Shown here in pieces: positions 25,896 through 39,509 of a stretch of 64,000 nt of DNA. Position numbers and translations under genes: made by a program. Location: assembly GCF_963921235.1 (NCBI RefSeq), contig NC_086097.1, positions 207,888,001 through 207,952,000 of the forward strand. The letters are read 5' to 3'. This DNA comes from Mobula hypostoma (Eukaryota). Positions within the stretch are counted from its first letter, which is position 1. Every line of letters starts with the position of its first letter. Below the pieces are notes generated by a model that was given only the letters and a program-made list of their open reading frames with translations, made no database searches and was not told where the DNA came from.

Positions 25896-28289
25896 ATAAT
25901 GTAGATATTAAGGAATAGGATGTGCTGGAGCTTTTGGAAAGCATCAAGTTGGATAAGTCACTGGGACTGGACGGGATGTACCCCAGGCTGTTGCGGGAAG
26001 TGAGAGAGGATATTGCTGAGCCTCTAGCAATAATCTTTGTATCATCAGTGAGGACAGGAGGATTGGAGGGCTGCAGATGTTGTTCCCTTATTCAAGAAAG
26101 GGAGCAGGGATAGCCCAGGAAATTATAGGCCAGTGAGTCTTACTTCAGTAGTTGTTAAGTTGATGGAGAAGATCCTGAGAGACAGGATTTATGAACATTT
26201 GGAGAGACACAATATGATTAGGAATAGTCAACCTGGCTTTTTCAAAGGCAAGTCATGCGTTACGAGTCTGATTGAATTTTTTGAGGATGTGACTGAACAC
26301 ATTGAAGGTGGATTCATAGATTTAGTGTATATGCATTTGATAAGGGGCCCCATGCAAGGCTTATTGAGAAAGTAAGGAGGCATATGATCCAAGGGGACAT
26401 TGCTTTGTGGATCCAGAACTGGCTTGCCCACAGAAGGCAAACAGTGTTTGTAGATGGGTCATATTCTGCATGGAGGCCGGTGACAAGTGGTGTGCCTCAG
26501 GGATCTGTTCTGGGACACCTACACTTTGTGATTTTTAGTTAGTGACCTGGATGAGGAAGTGGAGGGATGGGTTAGTAAAGTTGCTGATGACAGAAAGGTT
26601 GGGGGTGTTGTGGATATTGTGGTTGTCAGAGGTTACAATGGGACATTGATAGGATGCAAAACTGGGCTGAGAATTGGCAGATGGAGTTCAACCCAGATAA
26701 GTGTGAGGTGATTCAATTTGGTAGGTCAAATATGATGGCAGAATATAGCATTAATGGTAGGACTGTTGGCAGTGTGGAGGATCAGAGGGATCTTGGGGTC
26801 TGAGTCCATAGGACACTCAAACCAGCTATGCAGGTTGACTCTGTGGTTAAGAAGGCATATGGTGCATTGGACTTCATCAATCGTGGGATTGAGTTTAGGA
26901 GCTGAGAGGTAATGTTGCAACTGTATGGGACCCCGGTCACCCCACTTGGAGTACTGTGCTCATTTCTGGTCACCTCACTACAGGAAGGACGTGGAAACCA
27001 TAGAAATGGTGCAGAGGAGATTTACAAGGATGTTGCCTGGATTGGAGGGCATGCCTTATGAGAATAGGTTGAGTGAACTTGGCCTTTTCTCCTTGGAGCA
27101 ACGGAGGATGAGAGGTGACCTGATAGAGGTGTACAAGATAATGAGAGGCATTGATTGTGTGGATAGTCAGAGGCTTTTCCCCAGGGCTGAAATGGCTAGC
27201 ATGAGGGGGCATAGTTTTAAGGTGCTTGGAAGTAGGTACAGAGGAGATGTCAGGGGTAAGTTTTTTACATTGAGAGTGATGAGTTCACGGAATGGGCTGC
27301 CAGTGGCAGTGGTGGAGGCGGAAATGATAGGGTCTTTTAAGAGACTCCTGGATGGCTACATGGAGCTTAGAAAATTATATGGCTATGGGTGAAGCCTAAG
27401 CAGTTCTAAGGTAGGGACATGTTCGGCACAGCTTTGTGCTCTGTTTTCTTTGTTTCTGTAGTGGTTCTGTTGATAAGCATATTGGTGAGTGTCCAGTGTG
27501 GCAGGAACAGTGTCTGATATGTGCCATTACCAAACATTCAAAGTACTTCATGATGATTGGTGTCAGTCCGACCAGGCAATTATCATTTATTTTCCAGAAG
27601 TGTAGAATTCTCGGGAACCAGGATGATGGTGGCTGATTTCAAGCATGTCGGGATAGCAGCTTCTTCTATTTATGGAGAAAACCAGATGATTGCTTTGTTC
27701 CTTAATATTAGAAAGCAACTTCTGACAGTGTTTCCAGAATTTTCAGATTTTAGTTCAGTTTTCTGTAAGGGTTTTCAATCTCCTATCCCATTTATTGAGT
27801 GCATGGGGATGATTTCTTTAAGCAATAAATGTTATCTAAGAACTGGATTAAATTCTCATCAAGGTAATTTAAGAGAAGAAGAAGGTGATCCTCTTAACTG
27901 AAAATGGACCAGAAATATAGAACTCCGCTGTGCCGATTGAATAAAAAAAAAAAAAAAGAAACTAATGATTATCTCTTTTGGAAATGTGTTAAATAAATTA
28001 TAGCAACACCTTGACCCTACACCTTTTAGAGATAACTGAAAGCTCCGTGTTCAGATTATAAAATCAAAGGAATTGTGAGTCAATCAGCCATGATATTGTG
28101 GTGTGGAAGAACCTTTCATTATATTGCATGTTCAGTGAATTTCTTACCAGACTGGCTCACCGTTCTGATCGCCTGCTGGAATAACTCATTTCAAATTACT
28201 CTCCGTGCCTGAGATTGGATTTGAGAATGATAGCTACCCTGCTGAAATGCCAAATGTAAAAGTGCCTTGTTCGTCCTAAATGAACATAG

Positions 28290-28720
28290 GAAAAAAAAGT
28301 TTTAAAAAGTACCATAGAAATTTTTATGAATTGGGATGTGACCATTACTTGCCTTATTGAGGTCAATCTAAGTAGTTGAAAGTTAAACCCATGGAAATTT
28401 CTGCTACAATGGAATGCTCTTTATGAACTAAGAACAATTTTTATGCATCATAATTTACCAGAGGAAATTGTCTCTGAATGGACCATTTTCACTCATCGAA
28501 TTTTAACAATGTCATGAGAGAAATATTTTAACCTATCTTTATATCTCCCAATCATTTGGTATTAATAGAGCAGCTGCATAATCCATCAGAGTTGTGAAAG
28601 ACACATTAATGCAGAAAGTAGTGAGAGAACCTTCTGCCTGAAACATTAACTGGCAAATTTCCTTTAAGAGGATTGAACTAATCCACATACCACTAAAGAG
28701 TGCACACTACTGAAACTTCT
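28290..28720 (+). mobile_element. Very old Gypsy-like integrase remnant
   Basis: CATAATTTACCAGAGGAAATTGTCTCT..GGACCATTT reads HNLPEEIVS..GPF (cf. GLPEEIVSDNGPQF), followed by a YxPQS.G-like stretch. Confidence 0.4.
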
Positions 28721-28929
28721 TAAGAACAAAATAATTATAAAACAGTTGTATGTAATCTTCCTGACAGTGAGGAACAGTAGAATGACACTTCAAGTCAGCT
28801 TCTAAAAAAAGAACACCTTGCAATGCAATTGAGTCTCATTTTTGAGTTTTCCTAACCATTAATGCAGAAAATACAAAATTGGAACTGTTGATGTTACATA
28901 TCATTCTAAGTGATCCCACTCCTGACATC

Positions 28930-31900
28930 TGTTTGGAGGGTTGTTGTAGGTTGCAAAGGGACATTGACATGATGCAGAGCTGGGCTGAAAAGTGGCAGGT
29001 GGAGTTCAACCCAGAAAAAAGTGAAGTGATTCATTTTAGAAGATCAAATTTTAAGGCAGAATATAGCGTTAACAGCAGTTTTCTCAGCAGTGTGGAGGAA
29101 CAGAGGGTTCTTGGGATCCATGCCAATATATTCCTCAAAGTTGCCACACAAGTTGATAGGGTTGTTAAGAAAGCATATGGTGTGTTGGCCTGTATAGTTG
29201 GGGAAGTGAATTCAAGTGCCATGAGGTAATGTTGCTACTCTATGAAACTCTGGTGGGATCACGTATTGAGTAGTGTGTTTAGTTCTTGTTGCTTCATTTA
29301 TAGAAAGGATGTGGAAGCTTTAGAGAGAGCACAGAGGAGATTTACCAGGAAGCTGCCTGGACTGGAGGGCATGTCTTATAAAGACAGGGCTTTTCTCTTT
29401 GGAGTGAAGGAGGAAAAGAGATGATGTCATAGAAATTTACAAGATGACAAGAGGCAGAGGTTGAATGGATAACCAGAGACTTTTTCCCAGGGTAGAAATC
29501 CCTAATATAAAGGAGCAAATTTTAAGGTGACCGGAGGAAAGTATCGTGGGGGGGGGGGGGGTTGTCAGAGGTTTGTTAAGAGTAGTGGATACATGGCACA
29601 TCTTGACAGAGTGGTGGTAGAAGTAGATGCATTAGCGGCATTTAAGAAATTCTAGATGGGCATATGGATGATGAAAAAATGATTATAGAAACATAGAAAA
29701 TAGGTGCAGGAGTAGGCCATTCGGCCCTTTGAGCCTGCACCGCCATTTATTATCATGGCTGATCATCCAACTCAGAACCCAGCCTTCCCTCCATACCCCC
29801 TGACCCCTGTAGCCACAAGGGCCATATCTAACTTCCTTTTAAACATAGCTAATGAACTGGCCTCAACAGTTTGCTGTGGCAGAGAATTCCACAGATTCAC
29901 CACTCTCTGTGTGAAGAAGTTTTTCCTAATCTCGGTCCTAAAAGGCTTCCCCTCTATCCTCAAACTGTGACCCCTCGTTCTGGACCTCCCCAACATCGGG
30001 AACAATCTTCCCGCATCTAGCCTGTCCAATCCCTTTAGGATCTTATACGTTTCAATCAGATCCCCCCTCAATCTTCTAAATTCCAACGAGTACAAGCCCA
30101 GTTCATCCAGTCTTTCTTCATATGAAAGACCTGCCATCCCAGGAATCAATCTGGTGAACCTTCTTTGTACTCCCTCTATGGCAAAGATGTCTTTCCTCAG
30201 ATTAGGGGACCAAAACTGCACACAATACTCCAGGTGTGGTCTCACCAAGGCCTTGTACAACTGCAGTAGTACCTCCCTGCTCCTGTACTCGAATCCTCTC
30301 GCTATAAATGCCAGCATACCGTTCGCCTTTTTCACTGCCTGCTGTACCTGCATGCCCACTTTCAATGACTGGTGTATAATGACACCCAGGTCTCGTTGCA
30401 CCTCCCCTTTTCCTAATCGGCCACCATTCAGATAATAATCTGTTTTCCTATTTTTGCCACCAAAGTGGATAACCTCACATTTATCCACATTAAATTGCAT
30501 CTGCCATGAGTTTGCCCACTCACCCAACCTATCCAAGTCACCCTGCATCCTCTTAGCATCCTCCTCACTGCTAACACTGCCACCCAGCTTCGTGTCATCC
30601 GCAAACTTGGAGATGCTGCATTTAATTCCCTCATCCAAGTCATTAATATATATTGTAAACAACTGGGGTCCCAGCACTGAGCCTTGCGGTACCCCACTAG
30701 TCACCGCCTGCCATTCTGAAAAGGTCCCGTTTATTCCCACTCTTTGCTTCCTGTCTGCTAACCAATTCTCCACCCACACCAATACCTTACCCCCAATACC
30801 GTGTGCTTTAAGTTTGCACACTAATCTCCTGTGTGGGACCTTGTCAAAAGCCTTTTGAAAATCCAAATATACCACATCCACTGGTTCTCCCCTATCCACT
30901 CTACTAGTTACATCCTCAAAAAATTCTGAGATTCGTCAGACATGATTTTCCTTTCACAAATCCATGCTGACTTTGTCCAATCATTTCACCGCTTTCCAAA
31001 TGTGCTGTTATCACATCCTTGATAACTGACTCCAGCAGTTTCCCCACCACCGACGTTAGGCTAACCGGCCTATAATTCCCCGGTTTCTCTCTCCCTCCTT
31101 TTTTAAAAAGTGGGGTTACATTAGCCACCCTCCAATCCTCAGGAACTAGTCCAGAATCTAACGAGTTTTGAAAAATTATCACTAATGCATCCACTATTTC
31201 TTGGGCTACTTCCTTAAGCACTCTGGGATGCAGACCATCTGGCCCTGGGGATTTATCTGCCTTCAATCCCTTCAATTTACCTAACACCACTTCCCTACTA
31301 ACATGTATTTCGCTCAGTTCCTCCATCTCACTGGACCCTCTGTCCCTTACTATTTCTGGAAGATTATTTATGTCCTCCTTAGTGAAGACAGAACCAAAGT
31401 AATTATTCAATTGGTCTGCCATGTCCTTGCTCCCCATAATCAATTCATCTGTTTCTGTTTGCAGGGGACCTACATTTGTCTTTATCAGTCTTTTCCTTTT
31501 TACATATCTATAAAAGCTTTTACAGTCCGTTTTTATGTTCTCTGCCAGTTTTCTCTCATAATCTTTTTTCCCCTTCCTAATTAAGCCCTTTGTCCTCCTC
31601 TGCTGAACTCTGAATTTCTCCCAGTCCTCAGGTGAGCCACTTTCTCTGGCTAATTTGTATGCTACTTCTTTGGAATTGATACTATCCCTAATTTCTCTTG
31701 TCAGCCACGGGTGCACTACCTTCCTTGATTTATTCTTTTGCCAAACTGGGATGAACAATTGTTGTAGTTCATCCATGCAACCTTTAAATGCCTGCCATTG
31801 CATATCCACCGTCAATCCTTTAAGTGTCATTTGCCAGTCTATCTTAGCTAATTCACGACTCATACCTTCAAAGTTACCCCTCTTTAAGTTCAGAACCTTT

Positions 31901-32882
31901 GTTTCTGAATTAACTACGTCACTCTCCATGTTAATGAAGAATTCCACCATATTATGGTCACTCTTACCCAAGGGGCCTCTCACGACAAGATCGCTAATTA
32001 ACCCTTCCTCATTGCTCAAAACCCAGTCCAGAATAGCCTGCTCTCTAGTCGGTTCCTCGACATGTTGGTTCAAAAAACCATCCCGCATACATTCCAAGAA
32101 ATCCTCTTCCTCAGCACCTTTACCAATTTGGTTCACCCAGTCTACATGTAGATTGAAGTCACCCATTATAACTGCTGTTCCTTTATTGCACACATTTCTA
32201 ATTTCCTGTTTAATACCATCTCCGACCTCACTACTACTGTTAGGTGGCCTGTACACAACTCCCACCAGCGTCTTCTGCCCCTTAGTGTTACGCAGCTCTA
32301 CCCATATCGATTCCACATCTTCCCGGCTTATGTCCTTCCTTTCTATTGCGTTAATCTCTTTTTTAACCAGCAACGCCACCCCACCTCCCCTTCCTTCATG
32401 TCTATCCCTCCTGAATATTGAATATCCCTGAACGTTGAGCTCCCATCCCTGGTCACCCTGGAGCCATGTCTCTGTGATCCCACCTATATCATAATCATTA
32501 ATAACAATCTGCACTTTCAATTCATCCACCTTATTACGAATGCTCCTTGCATTGACACATAAAGCCTTCAGGCGCTCTTTTACAACTCTCTTAGCCCTTT
32601 TTAATGCTTGCCCTGGATTTGTCGGCCTGCCACTTTTACTTTTCCCCTTTGTACTTTTTGCTTCTACGCTCACTTTACACCCCTCTGTCTCTCTGCACTG
32701 GTTCCCATCCCTCTGTTGTGAACTAACCTCCTCACACCTAGCCTCTTTAATTTGATTCCCACCCCCCAACCATTCTAGTTTAAAGTTATGTTGGAGGGCA
32801 AGGGCTAGATCATCTTCAAGTAGTTTAAGAGGTAGGCACAGCATCTTGGGCCAAAGGGCCTGTACTGTGCTGTTATGTTCTA
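28930..32882 (+). mobile_element. Old CR1 3' fragment (28930-29685 and 32786-32882), split by the young minus-strand CR1
   Basis: CCRLQRDIDMMQSWAEKWQVEFNPEK; its 3' UTR (GGGCCAAAGGGCCTGTACTGTGCTG..TGTTCTA) resumes after 32786. Confidence 0.8.
29686..32785 (-). mobile_element. Young CR1 subfamily B spanning essentially all of ORF2 (APE+RT), broken by one 2-bp deletion
   Basis: ORFs 30916..32844 (642 aa, LCVNARSI...QHGFVKGKSC) and 29772..30899 (375 aa, RT); tail ATAGAAACATAGAAAA on + strand at 29686. Confidence 0.96.
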
Positions 32883-32989
32883 AATCTCATTGGACTGCAA
32901 ACAAAGTTGGGTGTCTGTGCATGGACTCCAATGGGGGGGGGGGGGGTTGTGCAAGAATGAAGCAAGATGAGGTTGCTTTTTAAAATTTG

Positions 32990-34330
32990 AATCTGCTTGT
33001 ACTCTACTACCCACAGCAGTATCCTCAATCAACACAACTTCAGCAGCAACAACAGGCAGCATTCCTTTGTCCTGGGAAAGAAAACACTTCAGGTTGATGA
33101 AATCCGGCATTCGTTTGTTCATTCACAACATGAATTTGCTCACAGAAGTTTCCTGTTACCCAGCAGGGACAGTGATATATTCATGAATGGCATCTTCCTA
33201 TGCCATGAGATCAAAGAAAACCAGGGTGATATATTGTTGTTCATTTAGAAATGCTCCAGTGTGGTGGTGACCAGAGCTCCAATTTCATCAGGGTGAGAAT
33301 GCACAGAAGCAGAAAGAATTGCCCAATTTCATCAGAAGCTTCACAACAGCTTTTACCTGCTTCTCTCGAAAGAGCATGGTCTTCTAGAAATTTTGGAGAC
33401 AGATTCCTCATATCTCTTTGATCTGAGTCATCTCTTTGTGTATTTGCATTAATATTGTGGATGAAACCATTGTCTTCATATGACTATACAGTATGAATCC
33501 ATGGCCCTTCCCTCTAACACAATTTTCTGTACCAAGTAACAGACTGCTTTCCACTAGAGCCTGGTGCATTTCCTTACGATTAATGTCTCTCTACTCTTAT
33601 GGTTCATTCCTTGTGATGCCCGATGTTCATTGCAATAATACATTTTGGTCATTATCCTCCTTCTCTCGCTCCACTCTCGCCTCCTGCTCCAGAAGATGGT
33701 GCACCAAAGAGGTAATAACAGCTGATGATTACTTCCTGATGCATGTAGGCTGTCCCAAAACTCCTTTATGGTGTTTAGCTCTCCACTTAGTAATGATGAT
33801 GTCTGCTTTAGATTAATGGAACATTATTACTGAACACGCCTGCTAGATTTCTTCTAGGCTCTGCTCATGGAGTGTTTTGGGCTGCTGTTGCCCCTTTACT
33901 CAGAAGCAGAAGGATGGTTTCTTTTGACTTAGTGAGGTATTGAGTTTATTAATTTTCCCCTTCTTTGTAGGGGTCTTCCCTTCTATTCCTTCTGTCTTAC
34001 TCAAAATGAAGGAAAAGCATTGAAAGCTTGTCCTTTGCGAAAGGTTGTAGAGCATAAAATTGATAAATGCAATATACGAGAGAGACAGTGGGTGGGAGCA
34101 TGGATGTGGTTGTTGTAGAGCAAAAGAAGCACTCACACAAGTCTAACCTTGAGCCAAACCAGTGTATTTATTCAACAGTTCTTTAACCTACCAGAGAAAG
34201 GTTCAACACAATGATCGTCTGGGTGCAGTCCATACACTTTGCCTTGCTACAAAGCATGGTGTTTTGGAGATGATGCACACTTCTACAAAAGGATCAGTTA
34301 AAGTCTTTTAATCCTAAACAAGAAACTGCA
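32990..34330 (-). mobile_element. Highly decayed I-group (Nimb-like) LINE ORF2 remnant
   Basis: Ordered frameshifted motifs DINRKEMHQAL, KGHGFILYSHMK (cf. APGPDxIxY), RPCSF..VVKLL (cf. RPISLTS..KL), AFLNEQQYITLVFFDL (cf. AF.....VAVFFDLEKAYD). Confidence 0.45.
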
Positions 34331-34519
34331 TGATCAGCTGCTTCTGGCCTTATTTTTCCCGTATGATGCACATGTACCTTAGAGCTCTGATCAATATCCA
34401 ATAAATCTCATTTAGTAAAATACATCTCTTTTAATAAATTAATAAATGTCGACCACATCTCTTCAGAGGTCATTTGAGGTACTTAACAAGTCTGTTATTC
34501 CTAGACACAATTCCACAAT

Positions 34520-35620
34520 CAGAATCAGGTGTAATGTTATTTGCATATGCCATTAAATATGTTGTTTTGCAACAGCAATACATTAAAACAACTAAATTAC
34601 AATAAGAAAATCATAAATACAAATATATTTATACACACACACACATGCAAAAGGAGAGCAAAAAAAAGCAATTGAGAGTGTACATGGATTCATTGTCCTT
34701 TCAGAACTCTGACGGCAATGGGGAGGAAACTGTTCCTAAGATGTTGAGTGTGGGTCTTCAGGCTTGTAAACCTCCTCCTCGATGGTAGCAATGAGAGGAA
34801 AAACAGATCCTGGGTGATGGAGGTCCTTAATGATGGACACTGCCTTTTTGAGGCATAGCCTTTGAAGATGTCCTAAATGCTGGGGATGTAGTGCCCATGA
34901 TGGAGCTGGCTGAGTTTACAACTTTCTGAAGCTTTTTTCCCAATCCTGTGCAGTGACTTCTCCATACCAGACATTAATGTAGCCAGTTAGAATGATCTCC
35001 ATGGTACATCTGTAGAAATTTGTGAATCTTTGGTGACACACCAAGTCCGCTCAAATTCTTAATGAAATATAGCTGCTGTTGCACCTTCTTTGTATTTGCA
35101 TCGATATGTTGGGCCCAGGATAGATATTTAGAGATGTTGACTTCTAGGAAATTGAAGCTACTCATCCTTTCAAACCTTTTAAGACTGCTGTGTGTTTCCT
35201 TGAATTCCCCTTCCTGAAGTCCACTATTAATTCCTTGGTCTTACTGACAGAGTGTGATGTTGTTGCTGCTACACCACTGAATCAGTTGAACTATCTCACT
35301 CCTGAATGCCTCCTCTTCACCATCTGGAATTCTGCCAACAATAGTTGTACCATCAGAAAATTTATAGATGATATTTAAGCTGTGCCTAGCCACATAGTTG
35401 TGGGTATAGAGGGAGTAAAGCAGTGTGGTTAAGTATGCATCCTTGAGCTGTGCCAGTGTTGATTGTCAGCAAGGTAATGTTACTCCTGATCTGCATTGAC
35501 TGTGGTCTCCCGATGAGGAAGTCAGGTATCCAGTTGCAGAGGGAGGTACAGAGGCTAAATTTTTGTTGATTAGTACTGAGGGTGTGATGGAGTTGAACAC
35601 TGAGCTGTGATCAACATCAT
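34520..35620 (-). mobile_element. Old Rex1/Babar LINE 3' fragment
   Basis: SSVFNSITPSVLINK, FNFLEVNISKYLSWAQHIDANTKKVQQQLYF; (TTCTGA)n-like tail near 34520. Confidence 0.75.
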
Positions 35621-35670
35621 TCAACCAGTCTATCAGGTGACCATATATGTTCGATAGACCTTTAGAAGTG

Positions 35671-36466
35671 CAGCAAATTCCAGTTAATTGGGCCATCAGT
35701 TAATCAGGGAGGCTGTCTATTTGGGACAAAGAACCAGAAGAAATCAAGAAAATAGCAAAAATCTCCTGCATTTATTTGGGACACTATATTGTTTAATTGG
35801 GACAGAAGACTGTTGCTGAACAGTTTCTAACTAACTTTCGTGCACCATACTTAGAGCAAAGTTTTTAAATGGCATCATTTGCATGTGTTTGTATTCAAAA
35901 AGTTGAGTGTTGTCACTGCTAGTTGGCGAATAATAAGCAGCAAGACAATTCAGAACTGTTTTCTGCACTGCAGTTTCAAGCTTTCAGATTTGAAATGCCA
36001 GAAATGGCCAGGAGTGAGAATAAAATAATTTCATTACTTCAACAAGTTAGGAATTACAAAGAATTTGAAGATATTGACAGTCATCTTGAATGTTACAATG
36101 AAAAAGAAGAATTGGAGGATGCAATTGTCAAAAATGTTGTTTGAAGACAGTCCATTGTCTGCACCAGGTGTCTGTGCTGATTTTAATTTACAGTCAATCA
36201 GAAGAATATGGCTGCATACACAGGATTAATTTGTGAGTGGACAGCGATTAGGAACTAAAAATTTTTTAGTACTGTAGAAGTTTTGGTAGCGTTCTAATTT
36301 GTTCTGTATCTCATTAAAATACATAACTTGTTACTCAGTTAAATGATAGCTTGTCTTTTTAAAAAAAAAAACTTTTTTACTATTGCCATGAAACTAATTG
36401 GGTCATCTGCTTAATTGGAGCAAAATGTATTGGTCCTGATGTGTCCTAATTAACCAGAATCCACTG
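35671..36466 (+). mobile_element. Tigger/pogo-like non-autonomous DNA transposon
   Basis: Left end CAGCAAATTCCAGTTAATTGGGCCA versus reverse complement of right end CAGTGGATTCTGGTTAATTAGGACA, right end followed by TA; internal acidic remnant EFEDIDSHLECYNEKEELED. Confidence 0.6.
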
Positions 36467-36751
36467 TATTTCTGAAGACAATTTTTTGCAGCGATTGTCT
36501 TGGGAACAAGTATGTGACTTTAATCTCCATACAGGGACCAATGTATCTCCAATCCAATTTTTTTTTCTATTTTTTTTTGTGCCTTCTGCCCTAGAAACAG
36601 AACACCACTTCAAAAGATGCTTTTCTGAAAATATTTTTTGTTAAGTACTTTATTTTCTGGAGTTCCACCAGCCTTTTTGTGTGTTGCTGTATATGGTAAC
36701 TCTTCACTATACCATCACACGTTGCTCTATATATCCTTGTGCTAATCCAGG

Positions 36752-38030
36752 TCCCACATCATGAAGACCCTGGAGAGACTTGTTCTGGAGCTGCTCCGGC
36801 CTATGGTTAGGCCACACTTAGATCCCCTCCAGTTCGCCTACCAGGCCCGACTAGGAGTTGAGGATGCCATCGTCTACCTGCTGAACCATGTCTACGCCCA
36901 CCTGGACAAACCAGCGAGCACTGTTTGGGTCATGTTTTTTGACTTCTCCAGTGCGTTCAACACCATCCACCCTGCTCTGCTGGGGGAGAAGCTGACAGCA
37001 ATGCAGGTGGATGCTTTCCTGGTGTCATGGATTCTTGATTACCTGACTGGCAGACCACAGTACGTGTGCTTGCAGTACTGTGTCCGACAGAGTGATCAGC
37101 AGCACTGGGGCTCCACAGGGGACTGTTTTGTCTCCCTTTCTCTTCACCATTTACACCTCGGACTTCAACTACTGCACAGTCTTGTCATCTTCATAAGTTT
37201 TCTGATGACTCTGCCATAGTTGGATGCATCAGCAAGGAGATGAGGCTGAGTACAGGGCTACGGTAGGAAACTTTGTCACATGGTGTGAGCAGAATTATCT
37301 GCAGCTTAATGTGAAAAAGACTAAGGAGCTGGTGGTAGACCTGAGGAGAGCTAAGGTACCGGTGACCCGTTTCCATCCAGGGGGTCAGGGTGGACATAAT
37401 GGAGGATTACAAATATCTGGGGATGCGAATTGACAATAAACTGGACTGGTCAAAGAACACTGAGGCTGTCTACAAGATGGGTCAGAGTCGTCTCTATTTC
37501 CTGAGAAGACTGAGGTCCTTTAACAGCTGCCGGATGATGCTGAGGATGTTCTACGAGTCTGTGGTGGCCAGTGCCATCATGTTTGCTGTTGTGTGCTGGG
37601 GCAGCAGGGTGAGGGTAGCAGACACCAACAGAATCAACAAACTCATTCGTAAGGCCAGTGATGTTGTGGGGATGGAACTGGACTCTCTGACGGTGGTGTC
37701 TAAAAAGAGGATGCTGTCCAAGTTGCACGCCATCTTGGACAATGTCTCCCATCCACTACATAATGTACTGGTTGGGCACAGGAGTACATTCAGCCAGAGA
37801 CTCATTCCACCGAGATGCAGCACAGTGTCGTAGGAAGTCATTCCTGCCTGTGGCCATCAAACTTTACAACTCCTCCCTTGGAGGTTCAGACACCCTGAGC
37901 CAATAGGCTGGTCCAGGACTTATTTCCTGGCATAAATTACATATTACTATTTAATTATTTATGGTGCAACTGTAACAAAAACCAATACCACCACCCCCCA
38001 CCCCCAATCAATAAAGTATGACTATGACTA
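36752..38030 (+). mobile_element. Rex1/Babar LINE, 5'-truncated RT with 3' tail
   Basis: MKTLERLVL..LDPLQFAY, FFDFSSAFNTI, LQLNVKKTKELVVD, YKYLG, RLYFLRRLRSF; tail AATAAAGTATGACTATGACTAT. Confidence 0.92.
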
Positions 38031-39509
38031 TTTGCCAAGGAGCATAGTAAAAAAAATATAATGCTATGACCACGGGTGAAGAGGACATTATCAAGAGAAC
38101 ATTACAGTGGTATGTTTGTGTCTCATACATACGTACTGCTGCTGAGTCTCCTGGCAACATTACATATGGCAGGTCTGATTTTGTTGGGCAGTGATACTTT
38201 TTAAACTATTAGTCTTTCTATTATACAAACTCCACTACCATCCACGGTTCATGGATATAGAGGCTGTATGTCTAGAAATTACAATATTGGAAGATTTCAG
38301 AAAATCCTTAAGATCCTTCTTGCTCTTAATGGGGGTCATAGTTCTGAACTTCCAGTCTCAGACTTTAAAGGGGGAAGACCATATATTATTGCTGGACAAA
38401 ATGTTCATTGGGAACCATTAAGTATCCACTTTTACCAATTCTTTGTGTAAATTGGCCAAACGCTCATTTGGTTATCTTTTCGAACAGGTCTTGTATTTAC
38501 TTTAATCACTTTTTGCATTTGTGTTGAATGTAGCGATGTTTTAGTTCACAGAGAATAGGTGAAACCCAATTTATTGATAGGCTTGCCAACATGCTGACTT
38601 TAATTTCTGTATGCTACCCTGATCTTTCTAAAGGTACTGCACTTCAAAGGCATTTAATAGATATTCTTGCAACCTAATTAAGTGCTTGTTGAACACCAAA
38701 GTTTATTTTCTGTTCCTGATTATTTTTTCATGCTAGCATGGCATTTGAAAGAATTGAGACACTGTAGATCTTCCTTCTTGTTTATTCTTTCAACAGTATT
38801 TCCTCATAGCTAAGATGTCTCATAATAGCTTTGATTTGAATACAGTAAATTTTAAGCACACAAGACAGTTTCACAGTAGATTGCTTGATCAATGTTTTAC
38901 AGTGAACAATGGGCAAAATTTGTATTGTTGCTATTTTGGAGTATGGATGTCCTGGGTTTAATGAACATAATAATCACTAAAGTCGAGAATAAACTGTTAA
39001 GATTTCTGAGAAATTGGTGCTCCCAGAACCTTTGAAGAAAGAAAAATCTTTTGATAATTGACATCTCACTTTTGTTATTTGATTCACTGATCATTTTCAA
39101 CTTTAATTTTAGATGTATAGTATCAGCACTACTATACATCTACATTTAAAAACTAAAGTAAAACCTTTCCACTATAATTTATAAATGGGAAGGAGGAATT
39201 TTGATGTGACTTGTCTACATATACTTTATATTGTTGCAAAACCTATCTTCCAGTTAGACAGGAAACACATTCTAACTGGTTGCATCAGTGTCTGGTACAG
39301 AGGAGCCACTGAATAGTAGCAGAAACAGTTTGCAAACTCAGCCAGCTCCTTCATGAGCACTAGCCTCCTGAGCATTGAGGACATCTTCATAAGATGATGC
39401 CTCAAAAAGGTGGCACCTGTCATTCAGGACCCTCCATTATCCAGGCCATGTTCCCTTCTCATTGCTCCCATCAAGGTAGTGATACAGGAGCCTCGCTGTG
39501 AACTGATGA

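Larger units (their letters stand above)
19115..27459 (+). mobile_element. CR1 subfamily A host copy in pieces (19115-19249, 22045-22304, 25896-27459), interrupted by younger insertions
   Basis: Pieces closely match the 488-4560 copy (MVQGQEWL.QVP, GAAAAGGAG..AAGTCATGGAAG, ERHNMIRNSQ). Confidence 0.85.

Noticed and set aside
31655..32431. 258-aa plus-strand ORF and similar antisense ORFs (19573..20067, 20865..21269, 30454..30858)
   Set aside because: Shadow frames opposite CR1 ORF2; they recur only because the CR1 copies are similar and show no recognisable domain
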